From assembly GCF_018977255.1 (NCBI RefSeq), contig NW_024704742.1, forward strand, positions 930,001 through 994,000: a DNA stretch of 64,000 nucleotides, written 5' to 3'. This DNA is from Callorhinchus milii. Its lineage: Eukaryota. Shown here piece after piece: positions 50,089 to 62,557 of the stretch. A program made the position numbers and the translations under genes. The notes under the pieces were generated by a model. It had not been told where the DNA came from, searched no databases, and saw only the letters and a list, made by a program, of their open reading frames with translations. Positions within the stretch are counted from its first letter, which is position 1. Every line of letters begins with the position of its first letter.

Positions 50089-51199
50089 GGACGGTCAATT
50101 ATGGACAGCAATCCGAGATGGTAAACAGCGAGTTAGGAAAAAGATTCACACTGCCTCCAGTTGCCATAATTTACACAGCACTTCAGGAGAGGCTTATATG
50201 AGCTGTTAAATGGAGATTCCTACTTTAAAATTATGCTCACATGACGCAACCTAGAAATTGTCTTTGTGCTGTTATATTTCTGCTCTTTTCCTCTTTTCAC
50301 TGGAAATAAAAGGGCTCTTTATTGCAACTGTGTCCTTGAAAGTCATTTCTTTCCGATTGCTTTGATGGACTTCCAACCAACTGGTGACAAAGTGCAGTTG
50401 AACATTATTAAATAACGTTCCATTTATTGCTGTGCTTGAAGAGGGAATCTCACTATCCATATCTTTGCTTTAAAAAATTGAATGCCGTTCAAAATAAACA
50501 CTTTGAAACGAAAAGTAATTGCGACTAACTGCACTACACTTGTATTTCTTGTTATTTCTGGAGCAGTAGTAATCATTTTCAAGCACTGTCACTGGCCTAA
50601 CCCTAATCATTTTGGTCAGTATTCCTGAATGAGATCGGAATGGGAGCTTTTGAAACTCACAAATGATCTCCGTTCAGCAGGAATTCGTGTATAATTGAGT
50701 CTTAATTAGGAAGCCACATTTCCGCTGTTCTTGNAAAAAAAACTTTAAAATTGAGTAATAATAATGATCCTTACATTTGATATATAGCATCGTTCACACT
50801 GGGAGGGTGTCTCAAAGCCTTTCAGGATTTTACGAGATAAATATCAAAAGTAGAAATGTGTAAGGGTAAGGGGGGAAAGGGCAGTAGAATAGGACCAGAT
50901 GGATAACATAGCTGTTTCAGAGCTACACTACCGGATGCATGCAATTCTCAGTTTGGTTTGCAAAGTCTTAAGCGTGGTGATGGGTGTCCACGTGCGTCAG
51001 ACACCCGGCTGACCCCAAACAATAATTCAGAGAGTTAGCACATGCACATTAGCTAATCGACCTCCATCTGTGCTGTAAATTTCTATGCTTCTTGGGTTCA
51101 ATGTTGCTTTTGTTTCAGAAAAATCCTTCCGTTCCATTGATGGAAACCTGAAATTTTACTTAATCTTGGAATTGCAAAAATTCTTCAATCCTTCAAGTT

Positions 51200-51860
51200 T
51201 GCGTTCGATGTTTGCACCTTTCGAGTTGGAAAGACGTCTGAAGGCACTTTACTGACATGTGTAATAACTGTATGATTTGTAAGCAAACATGGCCACCAAA
51301 CTGCACACACTTGTGGTAGTGTCCCACAAACAGCCATGAAGTGAATGACCAATTTTATCAAGGTGATTGTTGGCCAGGACACTGGAGAAACTACCTCCCC
51401 TTTCTGAATAGTTCCACGTAATCTTTATAATAATAATAATAATCCTTGCATTTGATATAACGCTTTTCACGTCGGGAGGACGTCCCAAAGCGCTTCACAG
51501 AATATACTGTAAAGTGAATTGACTGTATATTTGTGGGCGAACGCGGCAGCCAATTGCGCACAGCAATGTCCCACAGTCATGGATTGAAAATGACCAATTT
51601 ATTATTGTTTTTGGTTTTGGAGGGATTATTATTAGGCTCTGTGTGGAGTAAGGAAACTTGCCCAAGGTTTCGCCCTCTGCCTGGAATTGAACTCAGGTCT
51701 CTCGCTTGCAAAGCGAGTGCTCTAACCACTGAGCTACAGGACTCCACGTCCTTTAACAACCAATTGAACAGGGAGCTCGGATGAATGTCTTGGCCAAAGA
51801 ACGACAACTCTGACATTGCAATATTCTCCCAGCACTGCATTGGCGTGTCAGCCTAGACCA
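51200..51860 (-). mobile_element. Deu-domain SINE interrupted by a family A SINE
   Basis: Deu-SINE sequence at ~51200-51427 resumes at ~51748-51860. Confidence 0.7.
51428..51747 (-). mobile_element. tRNA-derived SINE, family A (short subtype), full length
   Basis: Minus-strand head GTGGAGTCCTGTAGCTCAGTGGTTAGAGCAC...AGTTCAATTCC; very similar to 55150-55471. Confidence 0.9.
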
Positions 51861-52969
51861 CAATATGTATATATATATATATTATTATATTATTTTGTAT
51901 TATTAAACCTATTACTGAATAGTACTTATCACGAATGGCAGGGATTCTTCCCATTCGACGCTACTGTTGACCCTGGAGTTCATACACCAATCTTTCTAAG
52001 GCTTGAAATTTGCAGCCTTGTGATAACGGCACACTTTTAATGAAACGTTGTAAATTTCACCCTCGTATTTCAAGCTTTCCCCTGCCCCTTTAAGCCACGC
52101 GCTGCCGAAAGCTAATTTTGTGAAGAAACTAATATCAATCAGAACGAGCACAGATTGACGCCGTAATCTTCAGACAAATAAACAAAGCCAGAACTTCTGT
52201 TTAGACATGCAAAGTTCACATCAGAACTACATCTTGCAGTATGTGTATCCCGTATCTGATTGGCTGGGCGGGTATTTTTAGAGAATGACTGATTGGGACC
52301 GGCAAGAAATCTCGAAGTTATTTTCCGCCTTGCAAATCTCATTGGCGGTGCATCGCTTTAAACCCAGTTCAGGGTGCTGTTTGGCAATAGCTTACTGCTT
52401 GCAGCTTGCCCCTCCAGCCAGCTGTTTCAGGTGGAACTTCTTTCATACTGCACTGCGGGTAATCATTAAGTGATTCATTTCTGTCTTCCTTCAGGTGAAA
52501 CCTTTTCAAAGAAGCAGGAGCACAGTTCCAAAACACTTCCGCTGAATATCAAAGAATGAGAGAATTTCATCTTTCTTCTGAAAAAAAATTATCTTTATGT
52601 TCTATTTTTAGCCTCAGGTGAACGGTTACTGCTTAAATGCAGTCCTTGTTCAAACAGCAGCTATTCGATGGGTTTTATTTCAGATTTATAATTATTCTTA
52701 TTATCAGTGAACATGTCTTGTTTCCATGGAGTCAGTTTCCCCCGTGCTGTTCTTAAAAAGGACCAGTTTCCAAATTGAGACTGAATTGAAGGATTTTCAT
52801 CAATTCTAACCCTAAGTGGTGAAATTTGTGAGACTCTCAGTCTGATTTGGATACTCTTAAGCACAGTGATGGATTTCTCCGGATGTCATACCCTCGGTCT
52901 GACCAAAATCTCCCCCTACCCCCACCCAAAAAAAACCTTCAAATCAAAGACATGTATTTGGAGGAATTA

Positions 52970-53255
52970 CTGCTTTGTTGGAGACACTGACTATCAGATG
53001 AGATGTTAAACCGAGGTCCTGTCTGCCTGTTTTTTGAATTAAAGATTTCAGGAGGCTGTTCAAAACAAGACAGTGTCTGCACCAACAAATGCTCTTGTCT
53101 AATCAGACATCATTCATCTCCCTCGTTACTGTTTGTAGGATCTCGCTGTACTCTCGCGGCGAGTCTATTTGCTTCCAAAAACAGTCAATGGAGCAATTAC
53201 TACACCAGGACATTGAGACAGTTCAATGTGGTAAGATGCTACAAAAATGGAAGTT
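52970..53255 (+). mobile_element. Deu-domain SINE fragment (old)
   Basis: GATGAGATGTTAAACCGAGGTCCTGTCTGCC. Confidence 0.65.
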
Positions 53256-54034
53256 GTTTCTTTGCTTTCCACATGGTGTCTCCACTCCAATGCAGGTACA
53301 CTGCACTCAAACTCCATACGCTGCACAAGCCCCTGGTTACAGTGCTGCCTAACTCTCGATCTGCTTCAGAAAGTAAAATCCTGCCTCCTAGCCAACATTC
53401 ACAGCAAGCTGTGGAGTTTGGACAGCATGGGCAGAGCACTTCTGGGAAGGCCTACCTTAATAAAGATGAATGTACTTCCCACCTCCTCTTTCCGAACCAG
53501 ATGTTCCTTGTCAGAGTTCCTGGCACAGCAATTCCTCCAGGCGGGCAAAGCACATTACGTATCTCCAAGTGCCTGCAGCTCTTCAAACAGAGGGTTGGAA
53601 TCAGCCTCCTAAATTACAGCTACTATTATTGGGCTGCCCAACTTTGAAGGATTGCTCCCTGCAACGCTGCCTCCACGAGGCAAGGTGTAGAAGCTGAGAC
53701 CTTCCTACAGATGGATCTGGACTCCCAGTCCTTTGAAATGCTCAGAACAAGTGGAAGCCTAATACCAATTGAATTTTTGGGGTGGGTTGTCAGCCAAGTG
53801 TCTGAAACCCATCACTATGCTAAAGAATATCTAACCCATACTGAGAGTTCTATGTGTGCCACCAACATACGGAAATTGCCAGATGTCTGGAATGGAATGT
53901 GCACTTCCTCCCTGAAGGGATACATCCTACTTCCCTAATTCCAGAGAGTATTAGGCGTAAGTTGGTAGGAGCCAAGGCTTGAAGACCACAGAGTGTGCGT
54001 TGAGTATGGCTGGAGTTTAGACCCTGGCATGATT

Positions 54035-54200
54035 AGGCTTAATGTCTCATCTGAAGGACGGCACCTCCAACAATGCAACACTTCCCCCATGCCCCCCAGC
54101 GCTGCAATGGACTGCCATCTGAGACGATGTGTTTCCAAGTCCCGACGTGGAGCTTGAACCCACAGTTTTCTGACTCAGAGGCCAGAGTGAGCCAGGCTGA
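54035..54200 (-). mobile_element. Deu-domain SINE 5' fragment
   Basis: TCTCATCTGAAGGACGGCACCTCC...GCTTGAACCCACAGTTTTCTGACTCAGAG. Confidence 0.75.
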
Positions 54201-55149
54201 CACATGACACTTAAGCGGTAGTGACAGGGTAAACCAGGGGTGAGTTATCAGGAGTTTACTGTAGAAGACAAAAAGGTGTTGAGCTTCTGGCAGGGGTGAC
54301 AGAGAATGCACGCACAAGGAGGGGAGGTCTTATTGTTAAAACGTAAAATTTACTGAAATGCGGATCATCCCACCCCATACCCCCCCCCCCCCACACACAC
54401 AGAGGATATTAATAAATCTCTGAATACGGTGATTTGTAAATATATAAAAACAACACTGTTCGATAGTCGGCACTTCATCTCAAGTGGTATGAATAGAAAT
54501 ATGTAACGTTGAGCCACGCGACATAATACATTTCAACTCATGGTGTTAACCACTTTGTTGAGGAATGATTTGCCTCAGCCCAGCTGTCCATGTTACATCC
54601 TCTATGTATTAGTGGCTAATCTGTTCATACCACTGTTTTTTTTTCAGAGTTTCTTGTCATTCTTTTTGTTGCCGTTCAGTAGTTTCGTTCCAAGAGGTAA
54701 CCTGGTAGAACTCAAGTCCAGTATCGAGTGAGTTTTCTCTGGTTTGGCTTGAGCTGAGCCTTTGAACTCCTTCTACTTCGCTCAGTCTTGATCAACAGCT
54801 AAATTAGAGTTGTGAATACAGTTGTACCTTTTTTTTATTCAAAAAAGGGCCCATTAAAGAATAAAAACGTTTTAAAAATACTTCTTCAAATAGCTCCCTT
54901 CACTTAATAATAATAATAATAATTCTTACATTTGGTATAGCACTTTGCACCTCTCAAAGCTTTTCACAAGATATACTGTAAAGTGGAATGACTGGGTGTT
55001 TTTTGGGTGAACATCCCCTATATGTGTGTCCTTAGTCCTTCCTTTCCCTGCTCTTGTAATATAATTGCAGCAAATTCCAACCAATTGCAGAGGGTTACGT
55101 CATGTTATTGAGCACAGGCTCAGTTATGCAAACAGAATATTTTGTACAG

Positions 55150-55471
55150 ATAATAATAATAATCTTTGCATTTGATATAGCATGTTTTCACATCGTTGAG
55201 ACGATTCAAAGAGCTTCACAGACTATATTGTAAATTGGATTGACTGTGCATTTTGTGGGTGAAACACGGCAGCCAATTGCGCACAGCAGCGTCCCACAAA
55301 CAGTCGTGGATTGAAGTGACCAATTTATTATTGTTTTTGGTTTTGGAGGGATTATCATTAGGCTCTGTGTGGAGTAAGGAAACTTGCCCAAGGTTTCGCC
55401 CTTTGCCTGGAATTGAACCCAGGTCTCTCGCTTGCAAAGCGAGTGCTCCGACCACTGAGCTACAGAACTCC
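55150..55471 (-). mobile_element. tRNA-derived SINE, family A (short subtype), full length
   Basis: Same architecture as 51428-51747. Confidence 0.9.
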
Positions 55472-57919
55472 AGATCAGGAAGGGTGGACCTTTGTGGAGT
55501 ATAATCACTGGCACTAAGCAATTCATATAAGAACAATTTTTCTAATAATGTTTAAAGTACTTTGAGACGTCCTTCCAACAAGAAAGATGCTATATTGTCA
55601 ATTATATTGTAAGAATAACTTGTATTTATCTAGCACTGCTCATATAGAATAACATCTTGGAGTGCTTTACAGTGGTGGGAAGGGATATCAAATGGGGGGG
55701 GGGGGGGGGGGGGAGGTTGGGGGTAGGACGTGACCATAGTTGGGGTTGAAGAGGTGAAAGATGAAAGCTGCAGGTTCAGTATTGACAATGGATTCTATTT
55801 GGTGCCATGTGCAAACCATTTATAAACATATGTGTATTACGTGCCACAAATATGTTTAAATATATGAATAGAGGGAATTAAAAGTGCCCTAAAATGCAAT
55901 GTGTAATTAACAACCCGTTCCTTTTCATTAGTTGTTGATTAAATAATTACAGGAGCAAATGTTTACACGTGGCTTGCACACGGTCATAACACACACACAT
56001 TTTAGACATTGTTTTACTCATGGTATAACCAGACCCCGATGATACACAGGTTAGTTTGCCCTTGTTTGTGACCTTCCATTCCATTGCTGTTTTGCCAGCC
56101 TCTCAAATCGCAGCGCTGCAGCGAGTTGGATTCTTTTGCACTGGAAGAGCCATCGGTGCTTTACATTTGTTTTGCGAAAAAAAAACGTAACTGACTGTTA
56201 TTTGTTACGTACGNAAAAAAATGGAACAGAAAAAATATCGAAGCAGCGTTACATTGACTAATAACAAAGCCTTGCTTGTTCAAAGCCCCATTTCGTAACT
56301 TCGAGTCTTGAAGGTAACATATTACGTGTTTGACTTATGGTGCAAGTCTGAATGTACATTGCCCAACTTCTTGAACAGGAAGCTTTCCTGAAGGATGTAG
56401 CTGCTTATTTGTACAATGATAAAGTTGTGAAACGTCTTGATAAGAACGAACACGAGTTGTGACAGCCAACAGCCCTTTTGGCATTCAAGCTTTGAATGTA
56501 GGAAGTGAACCAGCTGGCAACAGCCTTGAGATAAGAAGTAATCTGGCAGATAGTTATGGAGGAGGAGTTAAAGGACAAACAGCTCCCTTGTAGCGGCTAG
56601 GTCTTAAGCTTAAGTAAAACATTCTCAGGCAGTTTGTTTCTTTAAACTTTCCGTGTGATGTAATGTAGACAGATGGGCAGTGGCATTCCAACAAATAAGT
56701 CATGAACCAGTGAGATTAGTATTTAGTGGGGTTTACAGTTGAATCTTTTTATTTGTAAATCAACTTATAAGTCTTTTTTTTGTCTATTCCAGTTTATTAT
56801 AATAAATAATAATCCTTGCGTTTGATATAGCGCTTTATCACATTGTTGAGGCGTCTCAAAGCGCTTCGCAGAATATACTGTAAAGTGAATTGACTGTGTA
56901 TTTTTGCGGGCGGAATCCTTATTCGCTGTAAGGATGATGAATTGTATTATCAGTCTTAATAGGAGGTGTGTAAGCCATGTGTGACTACAGAACACTTGAG
57001 CTACTACTGAGGTGTTCTTGGGGTTGTCACCTAGATTTCTCAATAATAAATCTTAGCTAAACCTTTATCTGTTGGTGACTACTTGTCACTTGGTTTTCAG
57101 TTCGGGAGTATTATTACCCTGGCTGTGATTTTGATCGTGTGATGTGATTATGCGGTGAAAGACATTTGTCCTTGCTGAAAACCCATCTTCAGCCAAATTG
57201 AATAAAAAACTAACAGTGCCCTTTGCTTGATCACCAATAGCACAATATTTCCTTTGGCTGACTTTGTGATTCTCACTGTTGTTGTGCAGTTTTCCACATT
57301 CGCAAGAGACGCTTTACTAACAAGGCGCTTCACAGAACACACAGTAAGATTGCTGTCCCACAAACAGTCGTAGATGAGCCAATTTATTATGTTCGTGTGA
57401 AGTAAGGAAACTTGCCCAAGGTTTCGCCCTGCCTAACAAGTCCAGAAGCTTGCTGTGTATATGAGCTGTTAAGTTCACGTAATTCTTCAGACCAGACCTA
57501 GAGCTCTTAAGACCAGAGCTATACACATCTGACAGTTGAGAGAAGTCCTGCTCTGAAAATCATTACTGTCATTGCATGTGATGCGATGACTCTCCTGAGG
57601 GATATTTGAACCAGTTATCCGTATTGTCAAAATTAAATGGATATCCTCTTAAGATGATGGTGGGTTCATACACATGTTTGTTCATGTTAGCTCCAATCCC
57701 ATCAAGGCTGCTGTCCACTGTGGTAGTGTGTCCTTCAGAAATAACAGTTTGTTATAAGTGTACAAATAGAGGTGTAATTATTATAATAATAATCCTTACA
57801 TTTGATGTAGAACCTTATCACATTTTGAGACATTTCAAAGTGCTTCACAGGATGTACTGTAAAACGGATTGACTGTGTACTTTGTGGGCAAAAAGTACAC
57901 TGTATATTCCTCTGGCAAC

Positions 57920-58240
57920 TCTTTACGTGTGTAAACTGATCAAAGAGTTTGACAGGGTAAATAGGGTGAAGCTATCTCCATTGGTGGGGAAGTCAGTGAT
58001 TACAGGGCATTGATATTAGATAGTCATAAGAAAAGCGAATGGAGAGGCTAGGAATTTTTTTTCTTAGAGAGTTGTTGGGTAGTGTCAAGTGAGGTGATGG
58101 AGGCAGAGTCCATTGTGGGTTTTAATAGGGAAGTAGACAGGAAGGGATATGGGGAATGGGAGAGGCAGTGGAATTGAATGGACAGCTTGCTCTGATAGTT
58201 TGAAAGGCTTCCCTCTGCCCCGTAAATTTGTATGATTCTA
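57920..58240 (+). mobile_element. decayed CR1 3' fragment
   Basis: TTTGACAGGGTAAATAGGGTGAAGCTATCTCCATTGGTGGGG...GTGATGGAGGCAGAGTCCAT...GAAGGGATATGGGG. Confidence 0.7.
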
Positions 58241-59954
58241 AGAAGAAATCCTGTTTAAATTGCTTTCCATATGAAGGATTCCAGTTTGGAAAAAAATATG
58301 GATATTCACCCAATGGTTAAGATTGGCCATGAACATTGGAGTCTGGAGTCTAAAATACGGTGATTCTGAGTTTTGAGTTCAAAAGTAGATTTTGTCAGAG
58401 AGAACTCCTGTAACCTGGTGTAAAAGTTGTACATTTTGTAGGTAATGTAGGTAGTTCCTTTTAAATAAAGGAATTGTGTGTTAGAAATTCCACACGAATG
58501 GGGCGATATAAATGCAAGTTGTTGTTGTTGTCGTCGTCGAATCCTGCAAAGCTCTTTGAGACATCCTCCCAACGCGAATGGCACTTTATCAGTAGCAAGG
58601 ATTGTTTTTTATTATTCTCCATCCACTCTACCATCCTCTGGGGAAAGAAATACTTCCTGGTGTCTGCCCTTTTGCAAACCTAAACCTGGTCCCTCTTGTT
58701 TTGCTGTATATCTGAATACAAGATCAGCTGCCAACAACAACAACAGCATTAACAACCAGAACTTACATTTAAATAGCGCCCTTCATGTAGGGTAGCCTAC
58801 TGGATCTACCACGCAATTGGACAAACTCGTCTCACCAAAAGTGGCTTTTATCATTTTTAGTACTTTGCTGAAAATAGTCCTCTGCTGCCGTGGCTTTAAT
58901 AATAATAATCTTTGTATTTGATATAGTGCCTTATCGCGACTTTGAGACATCTCAAAGCGCTTCACAGAATATACAAACTCCTCTCTTTGAAGCAGTAAGA
59001 AACTGCTATGACTTTTCACCAGATGGCAAACGTGAACCAAAACGGGGTCTTTATTAGGCTTCAGGTCCTGCTGGTGGCATGGTTTCTGTTTGTGTTATTG
59101 CAGAATGAGTAGTCATTTTCAGAGCTTCTCATGCCATGTCCCATTGACTGGCTGCAGTGAGTATCTCTCCTAAAGTTACAGCTCCATTTTCATGCCATAT
59201 AGTTTAGATGGATGGGTCCCAGCCAGCAACAAAATATCAGAAGCAGTCTATCTGGATTAGTGCCTCCCTATACCCTAGGAATGCATTATGCACCAAGTGA
59301 GTAATCTTGGCAGTAAACACTTCCAGGGCTTCCTTTGGGAGTCTAGGTCTTAACGGTACCAACATTTTGGAAAAAGATCAGGTACTGTGTCTGACCAAAC
59401 ACTTTGTAAGTTTCTCAAAGATCCTATTATGGCCACTTTGAGTTTCAGGCAGCAAAGACACCCAGTATGTTAAAGCGCTAGCCAGTGAGTTAAATCAGTA
59501 AACTGTGGCTCATTGGTTAGCCTGGGAATTTAATACATTCCTTCCTTGTTTTTCGGATGAAAAAACTGTATTTTATCATTCTCAAGAAAACAGAGAGGGA
59601 TCTTCACCTTGCACAGACGCTTATGCTAAATATATCTTTTCTCACATTTTGTGCTGGATTTGACATTATTTTGATCAGAAGCCCAGTCACGTGTTTGTCG
59701 ATTGCTGTTCTGACTTCCAAACACTGCACTATATTTTACGTCTTGTAAGTGTGACAGTAGAGGTGCAACTCACTACATTTTTTTCATTGCAATAACCCAC
59801 GACTGTAAGGAACGCATAGCAATAATGATAAAACATATATGCGGCAATACAAGCAGTCCAAGCCAAAATGTGGCCTCAATTTGCGACCAACAGGAGACAT
59901 CGGGTTGTAACAGCAGATTACTACAGAAAATTATCTTGAAAAGTAAAGGTTGTC

Positions 59955-60620
59955 CAAATCCCCTACCATCCTGCCCGCTCCCTCCCTTACCCGGCCTACC
60001 ATTGGCGGGCGGGCCTTCTGCCTCTCTGTTCCCACTCTCTGGAACTCCATCCCGTAGTCCCTCTGCCGCGAACCCTTCCCTTGCCTCCTTCAAGACCCAT
60101 CTCAAGACCCTCCTCTTCGACCGTGCCTTTGGTCACCCTCCTTCCCCCCTTGTCCTCCACCCTCCCCAAACCTGACTCGCCAGCTTGGGTCCGAAACTCT
60201 GACTGTCCAGTGCCTTGGGACGTCCTCCCGCCGTGAAAGGTGCTCTACATGTGTAATTTTGTTGTTGTTGTTGTTGTTATCACTCCGCTCCTTAAAAGCC
60301 TATTCTCGATTCCTTCAACCTCGTGCACTACTGTCCCATTTCAAGCCACTGCCCTTCCTGGCCAAACCCCTGGAACACGTTGTTGCAAACTGTGCTTTCA
60401 GCCATTACGCCCCGAAGCTGTGGAACTCTCTCCCTCAATTCCTTCGCCTTGCCCCCCCCCCACCCCCTCTCCGTTTTCAGGTCACGCTTGAAGACCTTCC
60501 TCTTTGACCGTGTTTACGGTCACCTTCTCCCTCCCCCTAGCTCGGCATCAGGCTCTGCCACTGTTAAGCGCTTCGAGACACGGTCCGGTGTGAAGGGTGC
60601 TGTATAAATGCAAATTATTT
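59955..60620 (+). mobile_element. two tandem L2 3' ends (~59955-60278 and ~60355-60620)
   Basis: Each has TGGAACTC...AAGACC.TCCTCTT.GACCGTG plus the tail stem-loop. Confidence 0.8.
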
Positions 60621-61094
60621 ATAAGGATTTCTTTCTCAAATTCACATAAATATTCAGGGTATTCTAGCTACTCTTTAGTTAAGTCTACGACACGACACAC
60701 TGCAAGATAATCATAAGCTGCAACTTTCATAGTTACATCATGGGCTCATTATGCAACACAGTCCTATATTATCTTATGTTATATCACAATAGAAGCTATT
60801 CATAAGTGTATTTGAATCCAATAGCTGGATTTATCATTATTTTATGTACTGTTACGAATGTCAGCACTAATTACTACACATTCAGTGTTTCCGAGGCCCT
60901 GCCAAAAGAGGGATTTGCCAAATTGCCCTAAAAGTATAAGCAGGTACAATTTAAGTAGGGTAAAAATTCCATTCAGAGTTCGTGTAGCATCTTTGGTTGT
61001 ACACAGCTGTAATGGAAATCTCACTTGTAGCCAAGAGAGCCAAAACGCTGAAAGCAATCTTTATTGGAGGAGCAGGGCTGTGGAGCAAGCCCTG

Positions 61095-61475
61095 GTCTTG
61101 CTCCTCTTTACCTCTGTGACCTGCTAACTCCACATCAACTTGTCCGCTCCCTCCGCTCAGCAGGCTTGCTCAGCTTGCTCCATGTCCCCAACCTGGCTCG
61201 CCCCACCATCGGCGGGTGGGCCTCCAGACTCTCTGCCCCCACCCTTTGGCACTCCATCCCACACTCCCTTGCTTCCTCCGTGCCTCCTTCAAGACCCATC
61301 TCAAGACCTTTCTCTTCGAAAGTGCCTTCGGTCACCCTCCTAACCCTACCCTCCCCGCCCTCTCCACCTCTCCTGATCCCAGACTCATGCTCGGGTCCAA
61401 ATCACTGACTGCTCAGCGCCTTGGGAGGTCATCCCGACGTGAAGAGCACTATACAAATGCAATTTATTGTCGTTG
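61095..61475 (+). mobile_element. L2 LINE 3' end
   Basis: RSLRS...PTIGGWA...APTLWHSIP...SFKTHLKTFLF and tail CAGCGCCTTGGGAGGTCATCCCGACGTGAAGAGCAC. Confidence 0.85.
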
Positions 61476-62164
61476 ATGTTTACCCATTAATCCGTACATC
61501 CTAAGGCTTGTTTTGCAGTAAGAACTTTGTAATAATGAAAGTCTTGAGATGGACAACATAGTATTGTATAACACAATGTAAGCACAGCTTCCTCTGTGGT
61601 ACTGCTGAGGGCAGGAAGAATAATATCTCCTACAAATCTTATTTGTATTAACTTCTTGAAAAACATCCAACTGGTTCAGTATTTTGTTCAGACTTTTCAT
61701 AGCTCAGCTGGAATTATAGTTGGACAGCACTTTGTTGGGCTATATAACACATGTACTAAAAACTTTTTGGCATAGCCACACTTGGTATGGAACAATCAGG
61801 AGCCATTGTATTGATAGATTCAGAGATTTTATGAGGAAACAGCTACCGTAGTGGATAAAGAGCAATACAGCTGCAGCCAACAAGGTACGGTACTAGCTTT
61901 GGCATCTAAAGTAACTGCAAGCTAGTTTGAAGCCAATCCTAGTTTTGGTTTGACTCTGAGGACCTTTCTGTAAGAAGACTGCCATATCATTATAGAACTG
62001 AAAGCTAAGTACTCCTAGATGGGCAACCTATAGTGATTGGGTTCCTGTTCAATGTGGTCTTCGTTGCTACCAGTCAAATTGAGGATGAAACTGCTCTTCT
62101 TGGTATCGAGAATTGTGAGACAGCATTAAGTCCATAGGATTCTCTGCATAAAATGCATCTTGTA

Positions 62165-62557
62165 GTGGACTCCTATAGCTCAGTAGTTAGAGCGCTTGCC
62201 TTGCATGCCAGAGACCTGGGTTCGATTCCCACCAGAGTCAAAAGTTAGGCAAGTTTCCTTACTCGACACACCTCTGCTTACCTAGCAGTAAGTAGGAACC
62301 TGGTTGTTAGTCGATTGGTGGATCACTTTTCCGGGGGTAATAATTCCTTCAAAGGAAAATAATAATAATAAATTGGTCACTTAGTCCACGACTGTTTGTG
62401 GGACACTGCTGTCCGCAATTGGCTCCCGCGTTTTGCCCACAAAATATACAGTCAGTTTGCTTTGTAGTGTATTGTGCGAAGCACTTTGAGACTTCTTGAA
62501 GATGTGATAAGGTGCTATATCAAATGCAAGGATTAATATTATTATTATTGTTATTAT
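62165..62557 (+). mobile_element. tRNA(Ala-like)-derived SINE, family A (long subtype), full length
   Basis: A-box TAGCTCAGTAG, anticodon-like TTGCAT, B-box GGTTCGATTCC, CORE-like block, Deu-like block, (TTA)n tail. Confidence 0.9.

Noticed and set aside
50597..50606. CTAACCCTAA, resembling a telomerase RNA template or telomeric seed
   Set aside because: Isolated 10-mer in AT-rich context with no pseudoknot, CR4/5 or H/ACA features visible
53003..53647. Longest ORF (214 aa)
   Set aside because: Starts inside a Deu-SINE fragment, non-ATG-context evidence of coding is absent, no recognisable domain, composition typical of a random frame
50734..56214. Single N bases at 50734 and 56214
   Set aside because: Both precede poly-A runs; sequencing or assembly ambiguity rather than biology
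62165..62240. tRNA-Ala-like sequence (and other A/B-box heads)
   Set aside because: These are SINE heads continuous with SINE bodies and lack a proper acceptor stem; not tRNA genes
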